Part shown: positions 16,271 through 27,382 of the stretch, in pieces
How the letters are laid out: each line of letters begins with the position of its first letter
Numbering within the stretch: position 1 is the first letter of the stretch
Source: a virus
Taxonomy: Duplodnaviria > Caudoviricetes
DNA length: 64,000 nt
Reading direction: 5' to 3' (one strand)
IMG/VR virus record: IMGVR_UViG_3300022671_000005
Location: 1-64,000 of that record
Made by a program: the position numbers and the translations under genes
The notes under the pieces: generated by a model
Seen by the model: only the letters and a program-made list of their open reading frames with translations
Database searches by the model: none
Told to the model about the DNA's origin: nothing

Positions 16271-17503
16271 ATGCAATCACTAATGATCATTACTAATCTT
16301 GGACAGGATGGGGGAATAGCGGCTAATTTAATTAAGTTTGTAAAACAAAAGACAGTAGGATTTATATCTGTATATAGAACAGGTAGTTATAACGATCCTT
16401 TGGGTAAATTTGAATATATGGGTGAACATGTCATTGTGGTAGGTGACATACTTAAACCAGATATGATTCAATCATTACGCGAGAAGTATAATGTAACAGT
16501 ACTTGATTATCATGAAAGATTTATTTCAGAGTATTCAGCAACAGAAAATGATATTTTGAATCCAACCGTATCATTAACTGAATTAGCCTGGATATATTTA
16601 TTTCCAGATAAAGAACCAACCGAGATCATTAAACTTATTTCTGATTATGAAATGTGGACTTTTAATGACGATCGTACATTACCACTACATTATGGATTAG
16701 GTTTGGAATCAGCTTACGATGATGACTTTATTCAGAAGTTAATCGTTGGAGATGAAACTTATCTAAATAGTTTAATAAACAAAGGAATGGTGGTTCATAA
16801 CTATGTGGAAGCTTTAGATAAGGCTGTAGCCCATGATACTTACAGACTTGGAAATATTGATGGGCATGATGTTATAATGTCTAATGTTAGAGGAGTTAAC
16901 TCTCTTTTCTTCAAATATGTTAAAGATGATGAAAGGTTTAAAGATATTAAACTATTTATGACATATGCTTGGATTCCCAGTATTCATAAATTTAGATGCA
17001 GTTTATATTCGGAAGATCCCAACATTAATGCTGGTGAAATAGCTGCTAAGCATTTTGGTGGTGGAAGAAAAGAAGTTGCTGGCTTTAATACATTCGAAGT
17101 CCATAAGTTCTTAGTTGATCTTAAAGATAAAGTAGAAGATAATTATGAATATCATTGTACAGAAGCAGATGCACTGTCATCTAATCCAATGGTTAGAACA
17201 TATACTCAACAACATGAGCGTATACTGGTCAACTCTTTGAGATACTATATCAATATTTCTGGTATGAGAGCTGTCGTATGTAATTTACCATATGTTCATA
17301 CAGACTTGTGGTTTAATGCACGAGTTACCAATGTTGATATTGGTGTAACTTATGCTATGACTTCCTCTGGTAAGTATAGAGTTGTTATAACTGATTTCAG
17401 TGGACAAGACATGGGTAAGTTGGCCAACGATATTGGTGGTAAACTAATGCCTAATGGAACTGTCTGGAAATATGCTGATAATGCAGATTGGTTTGATAAA
17501 TAG
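16271..17503 (+). CDS. degenerate DHH/DHHA1 phosphoesterase-like protein
   Basis: QDG, VGD, LDYH, S.TELAW, ISDY..W, FGGGRKEVAGF motifs. Confidence 0.75.
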   Translation: MQSLMIITNLGQDGGIAANLIKFVKQKTVGFISVYRTGSYNDPLGKFEYMGEHVIVVGDILKPDMIQSLREKYNVTVLDYHERFISEYSATENDILNPTVSLTELAWIYLFPDKEPTEIIKLISDYEMWTFNDDRTLPLHYGLGLESAYDDDFIQKLIVGDETYLNSLINKGMVVHNYVEALDKAVAHDTYRLGNIDGHDVIMSNVRGVNSLFFKYVKDDERFKDIKLFMTYAWIPSIHKFRCSLYSEDPNINAGEIAAKHFGGGRKEVAGFNTFEVHKFLVDLKDKVEDNYEYHCTEADALSSNPMVRTYTQQHERILVNSLRYYINISGMRAVVCNLPYVHTDLWFNARVTNVDIGVTYAMTSSGKYRVVITDFSGQDMGKLANDIGGKLMPNGTVWKYADNADWFDK

Positions 17504-17512
17504 GAATGTTCT

Positions 17513-17755
17513 ATGTTAATACATAAGAAATCAGAAACTAACGAAGAATTGGTTCTTGTAACCAAGATTGTTAAAGATGTTGATACATTGACGTTATATA
17601 ACGGAGAAGAGGTTATAGTTCTTTTTGAACTTGGTCGTGATGGAGTAACGTCAGAGGGTATCGAATCCTTATGGAATACTTTAAAAGTTTTTCCCAGTGA
17701 AGGCATATGGGAATTGTGGAAGCTTGAAAATGTTGCCAAATTTCAATCATTTTAA
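17513..17755 (+). CDS. hypothetical protein
   Basis: 80-aa ORF with AGGA SD. Confidence 0.5.
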   Translation: MLIHKKSETNEELVLVTKIVKDVDTLTLYNGEEVIVLFELGRDGVTSEGIESLWNTLKVFPSEGIWELWKLENVAKFQSF

Positions 17756-17781
17756 TTCATAAATTAGAATAGTATATTTAA

Positions 17782-17815
17782 GTATCACATGGTGCCATAT
17801 GGCACCATGTGATAC
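17782..17815. terminator. 34-bp perfect loop-less palindrome
   Basis: gtatcacatggtgccat|atggcaccatgtgatac between convergent genes. Confidence 0.7.
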
Positions 17816-17948
17816 CCTTATCTAGTATGCATTATTTTTTTGTTTTGAGAGACATCTATACTAGCTATAGCTAGGATATTTATCATTTAGTTGTGATAAA
17901 TATTAAAAGACGTAGATCTTAATTTTTAGAAAGAAAAGTAGTACACAT

Positions 17949-17979
17949 AGGTATCAAGGACATCCCGTCCCTGATACCT
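17949..17979. terminator. imperfect hairpin
   Basis: aggtatcaaggac-atccc-gtccctgatacct, one mismatch. Confidence 0.5.
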
Positions 17980-18074
17980 TGAATAGTGTACTTATTGTAT
18001 TACTTGGCGAGCTCGTGATAATCCATTCCACACACTATGGTTATGATTCCAACATAAGCTCCGTCCTTAAAAAA

Positions 18075-19616
18075 TTATGCACATTCCATGAATTGACTTT
18101 TCATGTACTCTGTCAAAAGCCTTGCATATACAACAGCATTTACCTCTGCCATATCACTGGCTGATAATTTACTGTTAGATGCAACTGCTTTAACGTAATC
18201 CATTCCAAGCTGTTTTCTCAGAACCATGACAAAATCATTCTTATAAAGTAGTTTCTCCATAATGACGTATATAACATCTTCACATGAAGAACCTTCATTA
18301 GTTATTTTGTTAGCACAAGAAACTAGATAGCTTCTCAACGAGCCAACATCAACAACTTTATCACTGAATTCATCTTGGCTGAGGAACTCATTCATGACAA
18401 TCATAAATGCCTTATGTTTAGCATCATGAAGTCCTGCTTCAATTCGAATCTTATTTTGACTTTCAGCTTTAGCAACTTCGTTGTCAATTCTTTCTTTACT
18501 CTGTTCCAAAGACTCAAGACTAACACCTGTTAAAGGCATATCAATGTTCTTGTATCGGTAAGTGACATGTTGTGCGAGATCTTGCATCGTTAGCTGTTTA
18601 GCTTCCATGTCCTTAATTCGATCTGGATTAAGAGTTTTATTTCTAAAAAGAATAGTTCCTTTGAAGGTATTGACACGATGGAATTGAACCACGAAACCAC
18701 ATAGGTCACACATGTCATCAACAAATTGAACATTGTTTGCAGGAATTTCAATTCCCATCTCACTAAGAGAGGCAACAATCTTTTGAACAGGCTTCTTGTA
18801 ATCAGCGATAATACTGATACCCTGAATGGTACTTTCCATACCATTATCTATTTCAAATGTTTTGACTAACCTTTTACTCATTGAGTTGAGAGACTGTACA
18901 TTGGCAATGATCTTGATAACATCATCGACATTGCTAGCAATAAGGCTATCATCTTGTTCGCATACTTTAGTGACAGCTTCTTCACGTTGTTCTTTGGAAA
19001 TCTGAACAGTTTCTAAGAAATCTGTGATAAGCTTACGAGAAGCGAACTTACCAATAACGTTGACAAACTTGCTCTTAAGAACCATAGCAGTTTCATCACT
19101 ATCAGCTTCGCCGATAACGTATGCAACTGTATTCTTAACACCACCAAGATTAGAAAGAACGTCATACCTCATCTCGGGATAATCAAACACAACAACATCT
19201 TTCTCTGCTACATGTTTGGCAAGGAAAGGGTCAGCAGCGATAGTTTTATTATATCTATCATTAATTTCGTTAGAAAGCTTTGTAACTTCACTATGAATAG
19301 TTCTTAGCTTCGCAGTGGTAGCTTTAAGTCTTTCTGAAACCTTATCTGAAATAGATTCGCAAATTTCATTGACAAATTCAATATTCTCAAGATCTTTGAT
19401 TTCACCAGTCTCAGAATCTACAGCACCAACAATCTCAGCAAGATATCGATTGATTCTATTTTCATTAGATTCATCAGCTTGTTGAATAGATGCAATACCA
19501 GAAAGTTTAGCAGCTTCTTCTCCTAAACTATTATTCATTTTAAAACGAACATCAGGCACTTGTTCATTCTTTGCAGCTTCAGTCAACACATCAGCTAGGA
19601 TTTTGATAATGTTCAT
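18075..19616 (-). CDS. putative virion structural protein
   Basis: 513 aa; position downstream of the phiKZ gp87/gp88-like pair. Confidence 0.55.
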   Translation of the reverse strand: MNIIKILADVLTEAAKNEQVPDVRFKMNNSLGEEAAKLSGIASIQQADESNENRINRYLAEIVGAVDSETGEIKDLENIEFVNEICESISDKVSERLKATTAKLRTIHSEVTKLSNEINDRYNKTIAADPFLAKHVAEKDVVVFDYPEMRYDVLSNLGGVKNTVAYVIGEADSDETAMVLKSKFVNVIGKFASRKLITDFLETVQISKEQREEAVTKVCEQDDSLIASNVDDVIKIIANVQSLNSMSKRLVKTFEIDNGMESTIQGISIIADYKKPVQKIVASLSEMGIEIPANNVQFVDDMCDLCGFVVQFHRVNTFKGTILFRNKTLNPDRIKDMEAKQLTMQDLAQHVTYRYKNIDMPLTGVSLESLEQSKERIDNEVAKAESQNKIRIEAGLHDAKHKAFMIVMNEFLSQDEFSDKVVDVGSLRSYLVSCANKITNEGSSCEDVIYVIMEKLLYKNDFVMVLRKQLGMDYVKAVASNSKLSASDMAEVNAVVYARLLTEYMKSQFMECA

Positions 19617-19792
19617 TATTCATCGTCCTTTTTGTTGAGTGTTGTTATAATTTCAGAACAGATGGCTTTATTTAGTTCAGATCTATTTTCAACAGTATCC
19701 AATTCTTTATTCATGGTTTTGTCGATAGATCTTTTAACTACGGAAGCCAATAACGTAATCGTGGAGATACCACGTTTATCGAGACTTGACAT
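19616..19792 (-). CDS. small hypothetical protein
   Basis: GGAG SD before MSSLDKRG; TAATG-coupled to next gene. Confidence 0.5.
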   Translation of the reverse strand: MSSLDKRGISTITLLASVVKRSIDKTMNKELDTVENRSELNKAICSEIITTLNKKDDE

Positions 19793-19864
19793 AATTGGTT
19801 CTTCCTCCATAAAAAGAGTTATTTGAAAAATTGTATTATTTACATAAGATAGTGTCCAACACAA

Positions 19865-19900
19865 ACCTAGTGTGAGTAGATTAATCTACTCACACTAGGT
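19865..19900. terminator. 36-bp perfect loop-less palindrome
   Basis: acctagtgtgagtagatt|aatctactcacactaggt. Confidence 0.7.
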
Positions 19901-19908
19901 GATAGAGT

Positions 19909-22900
19909 TCAAACATCCATTTCTACAAACTCAAGTTCTAAATCTCTGCTTGTAACTATCTCACCAGCTTCATTTAAAATGAGTATAGTTTTTAAGCTCG
20001 GAATTACCTCTGCGTCTGTTGACACTAACGTCTGTAGTGTTTGCTGATCATTGATACCTAATACATCAATAGAACTTATCAGCCCACCAGCTTGTTCTTT
20101 AACTTCTTTAGCAATATCAACGATGGATATCACACCACTAGATATTGTTGTATCTATTATTGATATAACATTTTCTCTTATTGATCTCAACAACTTAAGA
20201 TCACTAACTACATGTTTTTGAACATAAAGCTTCATTTTAATAGAAAGTTCTAAGTCAATATTAGTAGTTGTGAGATTGTCTAACCTGAAGTTAGATAAAC
20301 CTATAGACCTTAACGGAGTATAATAAGCAAACGTTTCTTCTATCAACTGAGGCTTCAGATCATTGATAACCTCTTGATATGTATTTAACGTATCGAGAAT
20401 GTCATCATAGAACAAAGCATGTTCTGGTTTACTACTATAGTGTAGTTTTCTATCTATCTGCAAAAGATCGACACGATAGATTATTCCGCGTTCTTTAGAA
20501 ATAATTGGATTACCAAAACTATCGGTCTTGACATCTCCTGCTTTCCTAAGAATTACAGGAACATCGAGCTCTTGTAATGTGTCGTAATAATCTGATTCAT
20601 TTGCTTCAGATAAAGTTTCACCATCTGCTACAACAATAGACAAGTAGTAATCTGGTGCAGATTCTGCAGTGATGTAAACAGTCTCACGGTTGTAGACAGT
20701 ATCCCCTGCATCGTGCAATACATTGAGTGTAACATCACCACCACCATCTACAGTATAGACTGGGACTCCATCTACGTCTCTTTCATAGACATCAGAGGGA
20801 TATACCATCAACTCAGTATCATCCCAAGTTTCATATTCTAATTCTGAATAGAGGATATCAACATTGCTAAACATTTCATCTTTATGTTCACCAAGGGTTA
20901 TATCTACTAACTGTTCAGTCACTGGAATATACGTTGGGAATAAGCTTGATATATAATTTGCAACATCTGTTGTTCCTGGAGAAGAAAGAACCGAATTGCT
21001 AACAAAGAATGCTATATTGACATTTGACCTTATGTCTACATAATGTCCTACTGGACCTGTTATAGAATTAAGAGATGTCATCTTAATCTTTTTAGAAGAT
21101 GTTAAGTCATAGTCAGTATCAAGATTAAGTGTGAAGACACTCATGTCTTGTTCTTCTCTATCATACACAGCTTCTTGATATACAGTCTGTCCAGTATTAC
21201 TTGTAAATGCCAATATAACTTTAAGATTAGTTGGATCAACATCTTCCAAATCAGAACTTTTAACAACAAACAGTTCTATATCAAATCCACCAATTCCACC
21301 TTTCTCATGTGTGATGACTATGTTTGCACAAGTCATCTGGGTTGCAACATTTAAGTTTTCTTTAACAAACTCAAGGCTATTAACTCTTGGGTTATTGAAA
21401 TCATAAACGTATGCACTGGGAAATCTAAAATTGGTATCTACTCTTAAATGATAAGGACAGGTAGTGTAAATATTACTATTAAACTCTTCAACTATAGAAC
21501 TTCTTGACATTGCATCAATAGTTGCAACTTCTGCATCTGTTAATGGAATGGCAGTTCTAGACTCTTGATCATACTTGTACAATGTTGTTGGATACACTGT
21601 GTATGATTCATCAGAGTTGTTATTTATAGTAGAAGTATTATTTAACGTATCAGTGTCAAATACTGTAGGTATGTTAGCAGCAGGAACTATAACACCTTTG
21701 GAAGTCCTAAGTTCTTTAGAGCAGATATATATCCTTTCAGTTATACCGTCACGATATTTCTTTGCACTAAATCCTCTGTCTGCTAAATAATTGATAACAT
21801 CGACTGGACTTAAGATAACTGAACCATAGAAGGAATTGTGTACAACTCTGTTTCTAAGTTCTTCAAATGTCAATCCATCACCACCACCAGATATCTTGGA
21901 ACTTACTAGTCGGGTAATTAGCAAGTCAGGTCTAGTGATAGGTTTGATGTATTGGTCTTCATCCACATTGCCAGTGAGTGTAAATTTAGTAGTTACCTGT
22001 TCTGGGGATACTGCTGATATATTTGCATCAACTGCACCTTTAGAAGTGAGTATCTCTATCTTAAGTCTAGAACCGAACATGTTTTCAGTTAGATATACCT
22101 GAGGTATAGCTATCTTAACATTATTTGTTTCTTGATCTACCATAAATTGAACAGTGGCAACCTCTGGATCATAGACCTCATCAGACAATGTTTGTGATAC
22201 TTCTACAAACTTATTATTTTCCCCATTGTTAGTAAATACTCTTACAGCATAGAACTTATCTGTAAAAGGAAACGACTTAACAAATGCTGATGATTGAGAT
22301 AACTCTTCAAGTATTGTAGTTCTTTCAAACTGATATACTGGAATCATCAAGGATATTAACTCAACACCAGAAACTGTATTAGTACGGCTTTCGATTGTAT
22401 TTTGAGTTAATGTTTGTAATGGATTATTTTCAGATGTGTCATAAACAACAACAATGGTATTGGTATATTTATTTACTCTAATTTCAATCGGGTAATATAT
22501 ACCAAATTTATATTGCTCAATTGTAAACACTGAATTTTTAGGTATGACAACTTTATTGTAGGTACTATTAACACTAACAGCATTGTCTACAATCATGTCT
22601 TTTCTAAATGTTAATTCAACGAAAGTTCTAGCAGGTGATGAAAATAGATTTAAATAATCAAAATCAGACATGTGGCGATATAGATCTTCAGCTGTCTGAG
22701 CTCTTAATGCATATAAAGGATCCATCTCATTGATCATAGCTTTAACAATGTCTGCTGAATTTGCTGAAAAATTTTCAAGCAAAAAAGAACAAACATTATT
22801 GCCATCAACAATTGGAGTTCCACCTGTAAGATTGGCTTGAAGACTATCTAAAACTCTACTCTGTACAAGAGCAGGGTTTGAATATAGTTCAAGAACTAGT

Positions 22901-22917
22901 TCATTATTAGTTGACAT
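19909..22917 (-). CDS. virion baseplate wedge-like protein (phiKZ gp87-like)
   Basis: 1002 aa; NP..VQ, LYRHMSDFDY, YYPIEIR and GGGDGLTFEELRNRV (baseplate wedge/J-like) motifs. Confidence 0.7.
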   Translation of the reverse strand: MSTNNELVLELYSNPALVQSRVLDSLQANLTGGTPIVDGNNVCSFLLENFSANSADIVKAMINEMDPLYALRAQTAEDLYRHMSDFDYLNLFSSPARTFVELTFRKDMIVDNAVSVNSTYNKVVIPKNSVFTIEQYKFGIYYPIEIRVNKYTNTIVVVYDTSENNPLQTLTQNTIESRTNTVSGVELISLMIPVYQFERTTILEELSQSSAFVKSFPFTDKFYAVRVFTNNGENNKFVEVSQTLSDEVYDPEVATVQFMVDQETNNVKIAIPQVYLTENMFGSRLKIEILTSKGAVDANISAVSPEQVTTKFTLTGNVDEDQYIKPITRPDLLITRLVSSKISGGGDGLTFEELRNRVVHNSFYGSVILSPVDVINYLADRGFSAKKYRDGITERIYICSKELRTSKGVIVPAANIPTVFDTDTLNNTSTINNNSDESYTVYPTTLYKYDQESRTAIPLTDAEVATIDAMSRSSIVEEFNSNIYTTCPYHLRVDTNFRFPSAYVYDFNNPRVNSLEFVKENLNVATQMTCANIVITHEKGGIGGFDIELFVVKSSDLEDVDPTNLKVILAFTSNTGQTVYQEAVYDREEQDMSVFTLNLDTDYDLTSSKKIKMTSLNSITGPVGHYVDIRSNVNIAFFVSNSVLSSPGTTDVANYISSLFPTYIPVTEQLVDITLGEHKDEMFSNVDILYSELEYETWDDTELMVYPSDVYERDVDGVPVYTVDGGGDVTLNVLHDAGDTVYNRETVYITAESAPDYYLSIVVADGETLSEANESDYYDTLQELDVPVILRKAGDVKTDSFGNPIISKERGIIYRVDLLQIDRKLHYSSKPEHALFYDDILDTLNTYQEVINDLKPQLIEETFAYYTPLRSIGLSNFRLDNLTTTNIDLELSIKMKLYVQKHVVSDLKLLRSIRENVISIIDTTISSGVISIVDIAKEVKEQAGGLISSIDVLGINDQQTLQTLVSTDAEVIPSLKTILILNEAGEIVTSRDLELEFVEMDV

Positions 22918-22923
22918 ATACGT

Positions 22924-24162
22924 TTATACCTCTGGGATTGTAAAAGTCCCATTGTTTGGAACTCTAAATGTTAATCTTGGTCTTCCTCCTGATCGATAAA
23001 TAGAATCGATACTTTCGCCATCATTAGCTAAGGTTTCATTAGACTCTTGAGCAGTTGATATGTATGGAACCCCACTAAAGTTACTAGAAGCTGCAGTATC
23101 AATTTCAACAAACCGTGTAGCCCCGGATATTGCATTGAACTCATTGACTTCAGGCCAATACCTTTTTGCCAAGGTGTTGAAGTCTTGGATTATGGCATAA
23201 TCATTATATTCAATTTTATTAGCAACAAATGGTATTGTAAATTTACCAACTGAAGGTGCAAACAATTCAGCTTCCCCAAAGTTGAACATGGCCCCTAATG
23301 GAACTGACTTAGGAAAACATCCAGTGGCTTTAGCATATCCTGTGATATACATTCTGCTAGGATCTAATCTGAACCTATAAATAGAAACAGTATAATTTAA
23401 TCTTTGGTAAGTAATATCGTCCATATAAGCAGATTGTATACCACGTGTTAAATTGTGCATGTATAACAACCAATAATAGAATATGGATGCTATTGGTCCA
23501 TTTTGTGGGTCTTTAAAAGTCAATGACAAGTCATAAGTTTTATTTAACTCATCATACCCTTTTGCAAAAGTTTGATCTTCAGAAAAGAAGCCAGTGTTTG
23601 TTGTCTCAGTTTGAAGTACTGGATCAGGGAATCCACTTATACCAACCAGACCATTCATCAGTGGTGTAAACCAAGGACTTCTTTTATCAATCAGGTTACT
23701 ATTGATTTCACCACGTACCGTTTTAGAAAAAACTGTATCTAAATAACATCTTATTGCATGACCCATACTTGGTTCAGGAACTTTAAGTGGCGCAAATCTT
23801 CTGTCCTGATCTAAAGAAACTTCTTGTAAATTTAATCTAGGACGTGTTATAAAAGTCAATCCACTATGCTCAGTATTAGTCTGCATTATGCTTCTTTGGT
23901 ATCTATCTATACCTCGCATAAATACTTGTAGTCGATTATTATAACCCCCACCAGCCACTGACCTTAGCACAGATTCTACTGCTTCAAGATATTGAGTATT
24001 ATTAAAATCTTCAAAAATTTCTTTGATGTTTGCATCAGATTTAAAAAGATCTGCAAACGTTAAAACTGTTTTTGGTAAATCAGCAATAGCCTCCAATCCA
24101 AGGTCGCTGAATATAGCATTTTTTAAATCACTTATTTTATTTGCCATTAACGTACGCTCCAT
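22924..24162 (-). CDS. virion structural protein (phiKZ gp88-like, tail/baseplate)
   Basis: GLTFITRPRLNL, SGFPD, NYTVSIYRF.LDPS, GCFP...P.GA.FN motifs. Confidence 0.7.
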   Translation of the reverse strand: MERTLMANKISDLKNAIFSDLGLEAIADLPKTVLTFADLFKSDANIKEIFEDFNNTQYLEAVESVLRSVAGGGYNNRLQVFMRGIDRYQRSIMQTNTEHSGLTFITRPRLNLQEVSLDQDRRFAPLKVPEPSMGHAIRCYLDTVFSKTVRGEINSNLIDKRSPWFTPLMNGLVGISGFPDPVLQTETTNTGFFSEDQTFAKGYDELNKTYDLSLTFKDPQNGPIASIFYYWLLYMHNLTRGIQSAYMDDITYQRLNYTVSIYRFRLDPSRMYITGYAKATGCFPKSVPLGAMFNFGEAELFAPSVGKFTIPFVANKIEYNDYAIIQDFNTLAKRYWPEVNEFNAISGATRFVEIDTAASSNFSGVPYISTAQESNETLANDGESIDSIYRSGGRPRLTFRVPNNGTFTIPEV

Positions 24163-24254
24163 TGGTTGAATATTGGCACATTGGTAACACCATAATATGG
24201 TAAATTATCCTTAATTACTAAAGTCTAACTCTAAAAAATCTAGGAGATTTTTTT

Positions 24255-25298
24255 ATGGCATCTATTAATGGAGAAGACATTGTAAGAATGTCTGAAATGG
24301 TCCATGATGTGTTCACTGGGATGTCTCAGGCAGCACCATCCTTGACCAGTTATTCCAAAACTACTTCTGTAGTTGGAAGAGTCTATGTTGAAGAAGGCGT
24401 TGCATCAGAGGATATCGCTGTACCTTTGATGGGAACACTAACCCAAATTTACATCAGTTATGTTCTTACTGCTTTGCAGTTGAATAGTATTGTTTCCCAA
24501 TATGATATTGTTCGTAATGCAATTCAACGTGTTACTACTGAACATTTTGTGGACATCGAATCAGTTCTTGAAGAACGTGGTTTTGATGACATCAGCGTTG
24601 ACACTGAAGCAACTCGTGTTATTGAAATCGACAAAGCAGTTGCAGACCTTGCATCTGGTTCATTGATTGAATTTGATTTCCATGTCAGCACTGACGAAAA
24701 AGGTAAACCTGTTACAGTAACTGTACCAATTCATGTTTCTCTCATCCCATCATCAGTTACTTCAAAGGTTGCAAAAGCTTTCTTAAGACTCAGCTTCCTT
24801 CCTTCACTTTCTCAACGTTGGAAAATGTGGAAAGCTGGTGAAATTTCATTCTGGAGAGACCTGGTCTTTTCTAGTGATCAGATTAAACAATATGCTGATG
24901 AAGTTAGGGAAGATGATACCAATGCTTTGCGTGACATCTTCTCTACCAAGAACAAATCAGTATGGCGTTTCTTAAAAGGTCTTGTGACAGGTAAACCTAA
25001 TAATAATGCAGCAAGTTCAGTTCTGATCTTTGATGCAAAAACTTTTGAAGAAGGTGCGAAAGAGAATCAGGTTAATTTCAAATCGTATGATGATCGTCAA
25101 CGTTTCTTCAATCGCGCTATGGCTATGCTTGTAGTCATTGTTGATCCTCTGTACGAAACAGTAGACATTTACTATAATGGTTTACAACAGTATACTAGTG
25201 TTTCTTATCGCATGATTGAGAAGGCTGGTAAAAATAATAAGGGTATTGATCTTAAAGAGTTCATGGGAGCTCTTGCTAAAGGTCAACCCAAATTTTAA
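24255..25298 (+). CDS. virion head protein (phiKZ gp89-like)
   Basis: SLTSYSK, RWKMWKAGEISFWRDL, VIVDP.YE.V..YY.G motifs; divergent from gp88-like gene. Confidence 0.7.
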   Translation: MASINGEDIVRMSEMVHDVFTGMSQAAPSLTSYSKTTSVVGRVYVEEGVASEDIAVPLMGTLTQIYISYVLTALQLNSIVSQYDIVRNAIQRVTTEHFVDIESVLEERGFDDISVDTEATRVIEIDKAVADLASGSLIEFDFHVSTDEKGKPVTVTVPIHVSLIPSSVTSKVAKAFLRLSFLPSLSQRWKMWKAGEISFWRDLVFSSDQIKQYADEVREDDTNALRDIFSTKNKSVWRFLKGLVTGKPNNNAASSVLIFDAKTFEEGAKENQVNFKSYDDRQRFFNRAMAMLVVIVDPLYETVDIYYNGLQQYTSVSYRMIEKAGKNNKGIDLKEFMGALAKGQPKF

Positions 25299-25347
25299 AT
25301 CATCTCGTTTTGCAAATTAATCATTTACTCCTTAGGAGATAAAAAAT

Positions 25348-26334
25348 ATGGATCCTATTAAAGAACTGGAAGCACGTCTTAATGAGATGGTATCCTCAAG
25401 GGAGGCTTTTGCCAAACATGTTGATCGTGCTGCCCTTAAAGAATATATCAGCACTCTTGTATCTGAAACAAGAAGTGTGGTCGAGGCTCTTTCTGAGATC
25501 ACTACCCCAACTATGGGTGCAGCGATCAAAAGACTCATTGACCAATCCAAATCAACCCAAGCTGTAAAAACATACCAATCATTCTTGTCAGAACTTAAAA
25601 AGCAGCCTAATAAGAATGCTTTTAAAGCTGAAGACACTGTTCCTTTCTCAAGTCTCGTTGAGTCTGGAAAACGTTGGTTAGTTATTTTAACTGAACTGGA
25701 AAGTAATGTTGATGATCTGTTTAAGCACAATACCATCAACTTGTTTAATGGTCGTTTAAGCCATGTTGTTGTTATTGGACTTATTGCCGAAGCACGAATG
25801 CTCGTTAAGTTCTCTAAGTATCTTTTGTCAGCAGTAGTCAGTGCTGTTACAAACCAGAGAGATATTGCCAAATATCGTTATGTTTGGATGGATGAGTACA
25901 TGACACCTGTTGGTGAGATGGTCTCCAAATCGCTTGGTAGAACAGACAATTATAACTTCAAAGCTATCATAAAAGACCTCCAGACCAAAGCAGTTGATGT
26001 TGCTCTTATTGATGACTTCAATAAAACACAACTTGATATGGTTAATAACTCTAAAGTGTCCACTAGTGCTAAGAGTCTTATTAAAGCTGGCATTAAGAAA
26101 CTTGGTTTGTTCCGCTGGATCGGTGAAATCTTTGTTAATCGTAAACAAGAAAAGATTGAGAAGAAACGTCGTGAGGTCGAGTGGATGAAAGCCCACGTTG
26201 AACTTCTCAAGATGAAGCTTGATGAAATGGACGAGGATGATCCCGAATATCAACGTCTTGTCAAAATTATTCAACGTTACGAAGAGATGATCACTAAAGC
26301 TGATAAAGAAGCTAGTAGTGAAGAATCTAAGTAA
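25348..26334 (+). CDS. virion head protein (phiKZ gp90-like)
   Basis: synteny; C-terminal helical DPEY..L.K.I..Y pattern. Confidence 0.55.
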   Translation: MDPIKELEARLNEMVSSREAFAKHVDRAALKEYISTLVSETRSVVEALSEITTPTMGAAIKRLIDQSKSTQAVKTYQSFLSELKKQPNKNAFKAEDTVPFSSLVESGKRWLVILTELESNVDDLFKHNTINLFNGRLSHVVVIGLIAEARMLVKFSKYLLSAVVSAVTNQRDIAKYRYVWMDEYMTPVGEMVSKSLGRTDNYNFKAIIKDLQTKAVDVALIDDFNKTQLDMVNNSKVSTSAKSLIKAGIKKLGLFRWIGEIFVNRKQEKIEKKRREVEWMKAHVELLKMKLDEMDEDDPEYQRLVKIIQRYEEMITKADKEASSEESK

Positions 26335-26349
26335 TAGGAGGTTATAACT

Positions 26350-27351
26350 ATGTTTGGTATATTTATGCCTCCTGGTCATGAAGACATTGTGGAAGATCAT
26401 TATGAAGATATCCCATGTTGGGAATCTGAACAGATAGCCATGACTTGTCTAAGTGACCTGTTAAATGAAATGATGGATATTCAATATACACCATCAAAAG
26501 AGTTAGCTGAGATTTATTTCTTGAACAATGAGATTTCTCCTTCATATTCAGATAAGATTTGTGATATTGAGTCAATCGAAATGGTAAAGAAATATCCTGA
26601 TCAATTAAAAGCTGCTTTTTGTGAAGCCTATGGTGATAAATTGATTTTGGCCGCTAATACACTTGTTAAGGTTCTTAAGAAAAAGAACTACAAAATTCTT
26701 TGTACTAAACAGCTGAAGGAAGTTGTCACTTTTAAATATACTTCTTTGGATAAGGAAGAGTTAGAACAAAACACTAGAAAGCTCTGGTGGGAGTTTAAAC
26801 TTGAACTTAATAAAATCTCAGAAGATACTAACTGCAATAAATGGTATTGGTATCATGATAAAGATCCTGCAAAGGACTTTGTAATCGAAAATAAAGTGAC
26901 TCCTAAGGATATAAAAGCTAGTCTCATTAGTGTTATTAATATACTCAGAAGTTCTCGTATCATGCCTGAGGATCTTCAATTACTTAAACAGTTCTGTATG
27001 CATCTTCTTATGATTAAAGAATCTATCTATGTTTATGGACAACCTAAAGCTATGACTCAACACGAATATAGTAGCATATGCAATTATGTTCTTGATAAGA
27101 ATATTGGTTGGTTTACAGCTTGGTCTTGTCCAGAAAATATAGACCTATCTCAAATTGTAATGACTAGACATATAGCAAAAGCTACAAGGCATGTTGCTAA
27201 AAAGTTCGATAAACCTTCTAGTTATGTTGTTCTTCAAAGTCTACTAAAGTGGTTTGTTGTTGAATCATATGTCATTGCAAGAGTTGTTAAAGAAGCTCAT
27301 GGAAAAGATAAAGACTACAGTACCATAGATGTAGCAACAACTTCTTCTTAA
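26350..27351 (+). CDS. hypothetical protein (head cluster)
   Basis: AGGAGGT SD, 333 aa. Confidence 0.6.
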   Translation: MFGIFMPPGHEDIVEDHYEDIPCWESEQIAMTCLSDLLNEMMDIQYTPSKELAEIYFLNNEISPSYSDKICDIESIEMVKKYPDQLKAAFCEAYGDKLILAANTLVKVLKKKNYKILCTKQLKEVVTFKYTSLDKEELEQNTRKLWWEFKLELNKISEDTNCNKWYWYHDKDPAKDFVIENKVTPKDIKASLISVINILRSSRIMPEDLQLLKQFCMHLLMIKESIYVYGQPKAMTQHEYSSICNYVLDKNIGWFTAWSCPENIDLSQIVMTRHIAKATRHVAKKFDKPSSYVVLQSLLKWFVVESYVIARVVKEAHGKDKDYSTIDVATTSS

Positions 27352-27382
27352 TATTAATAATTAAATTAGGAAACTCAAATAA

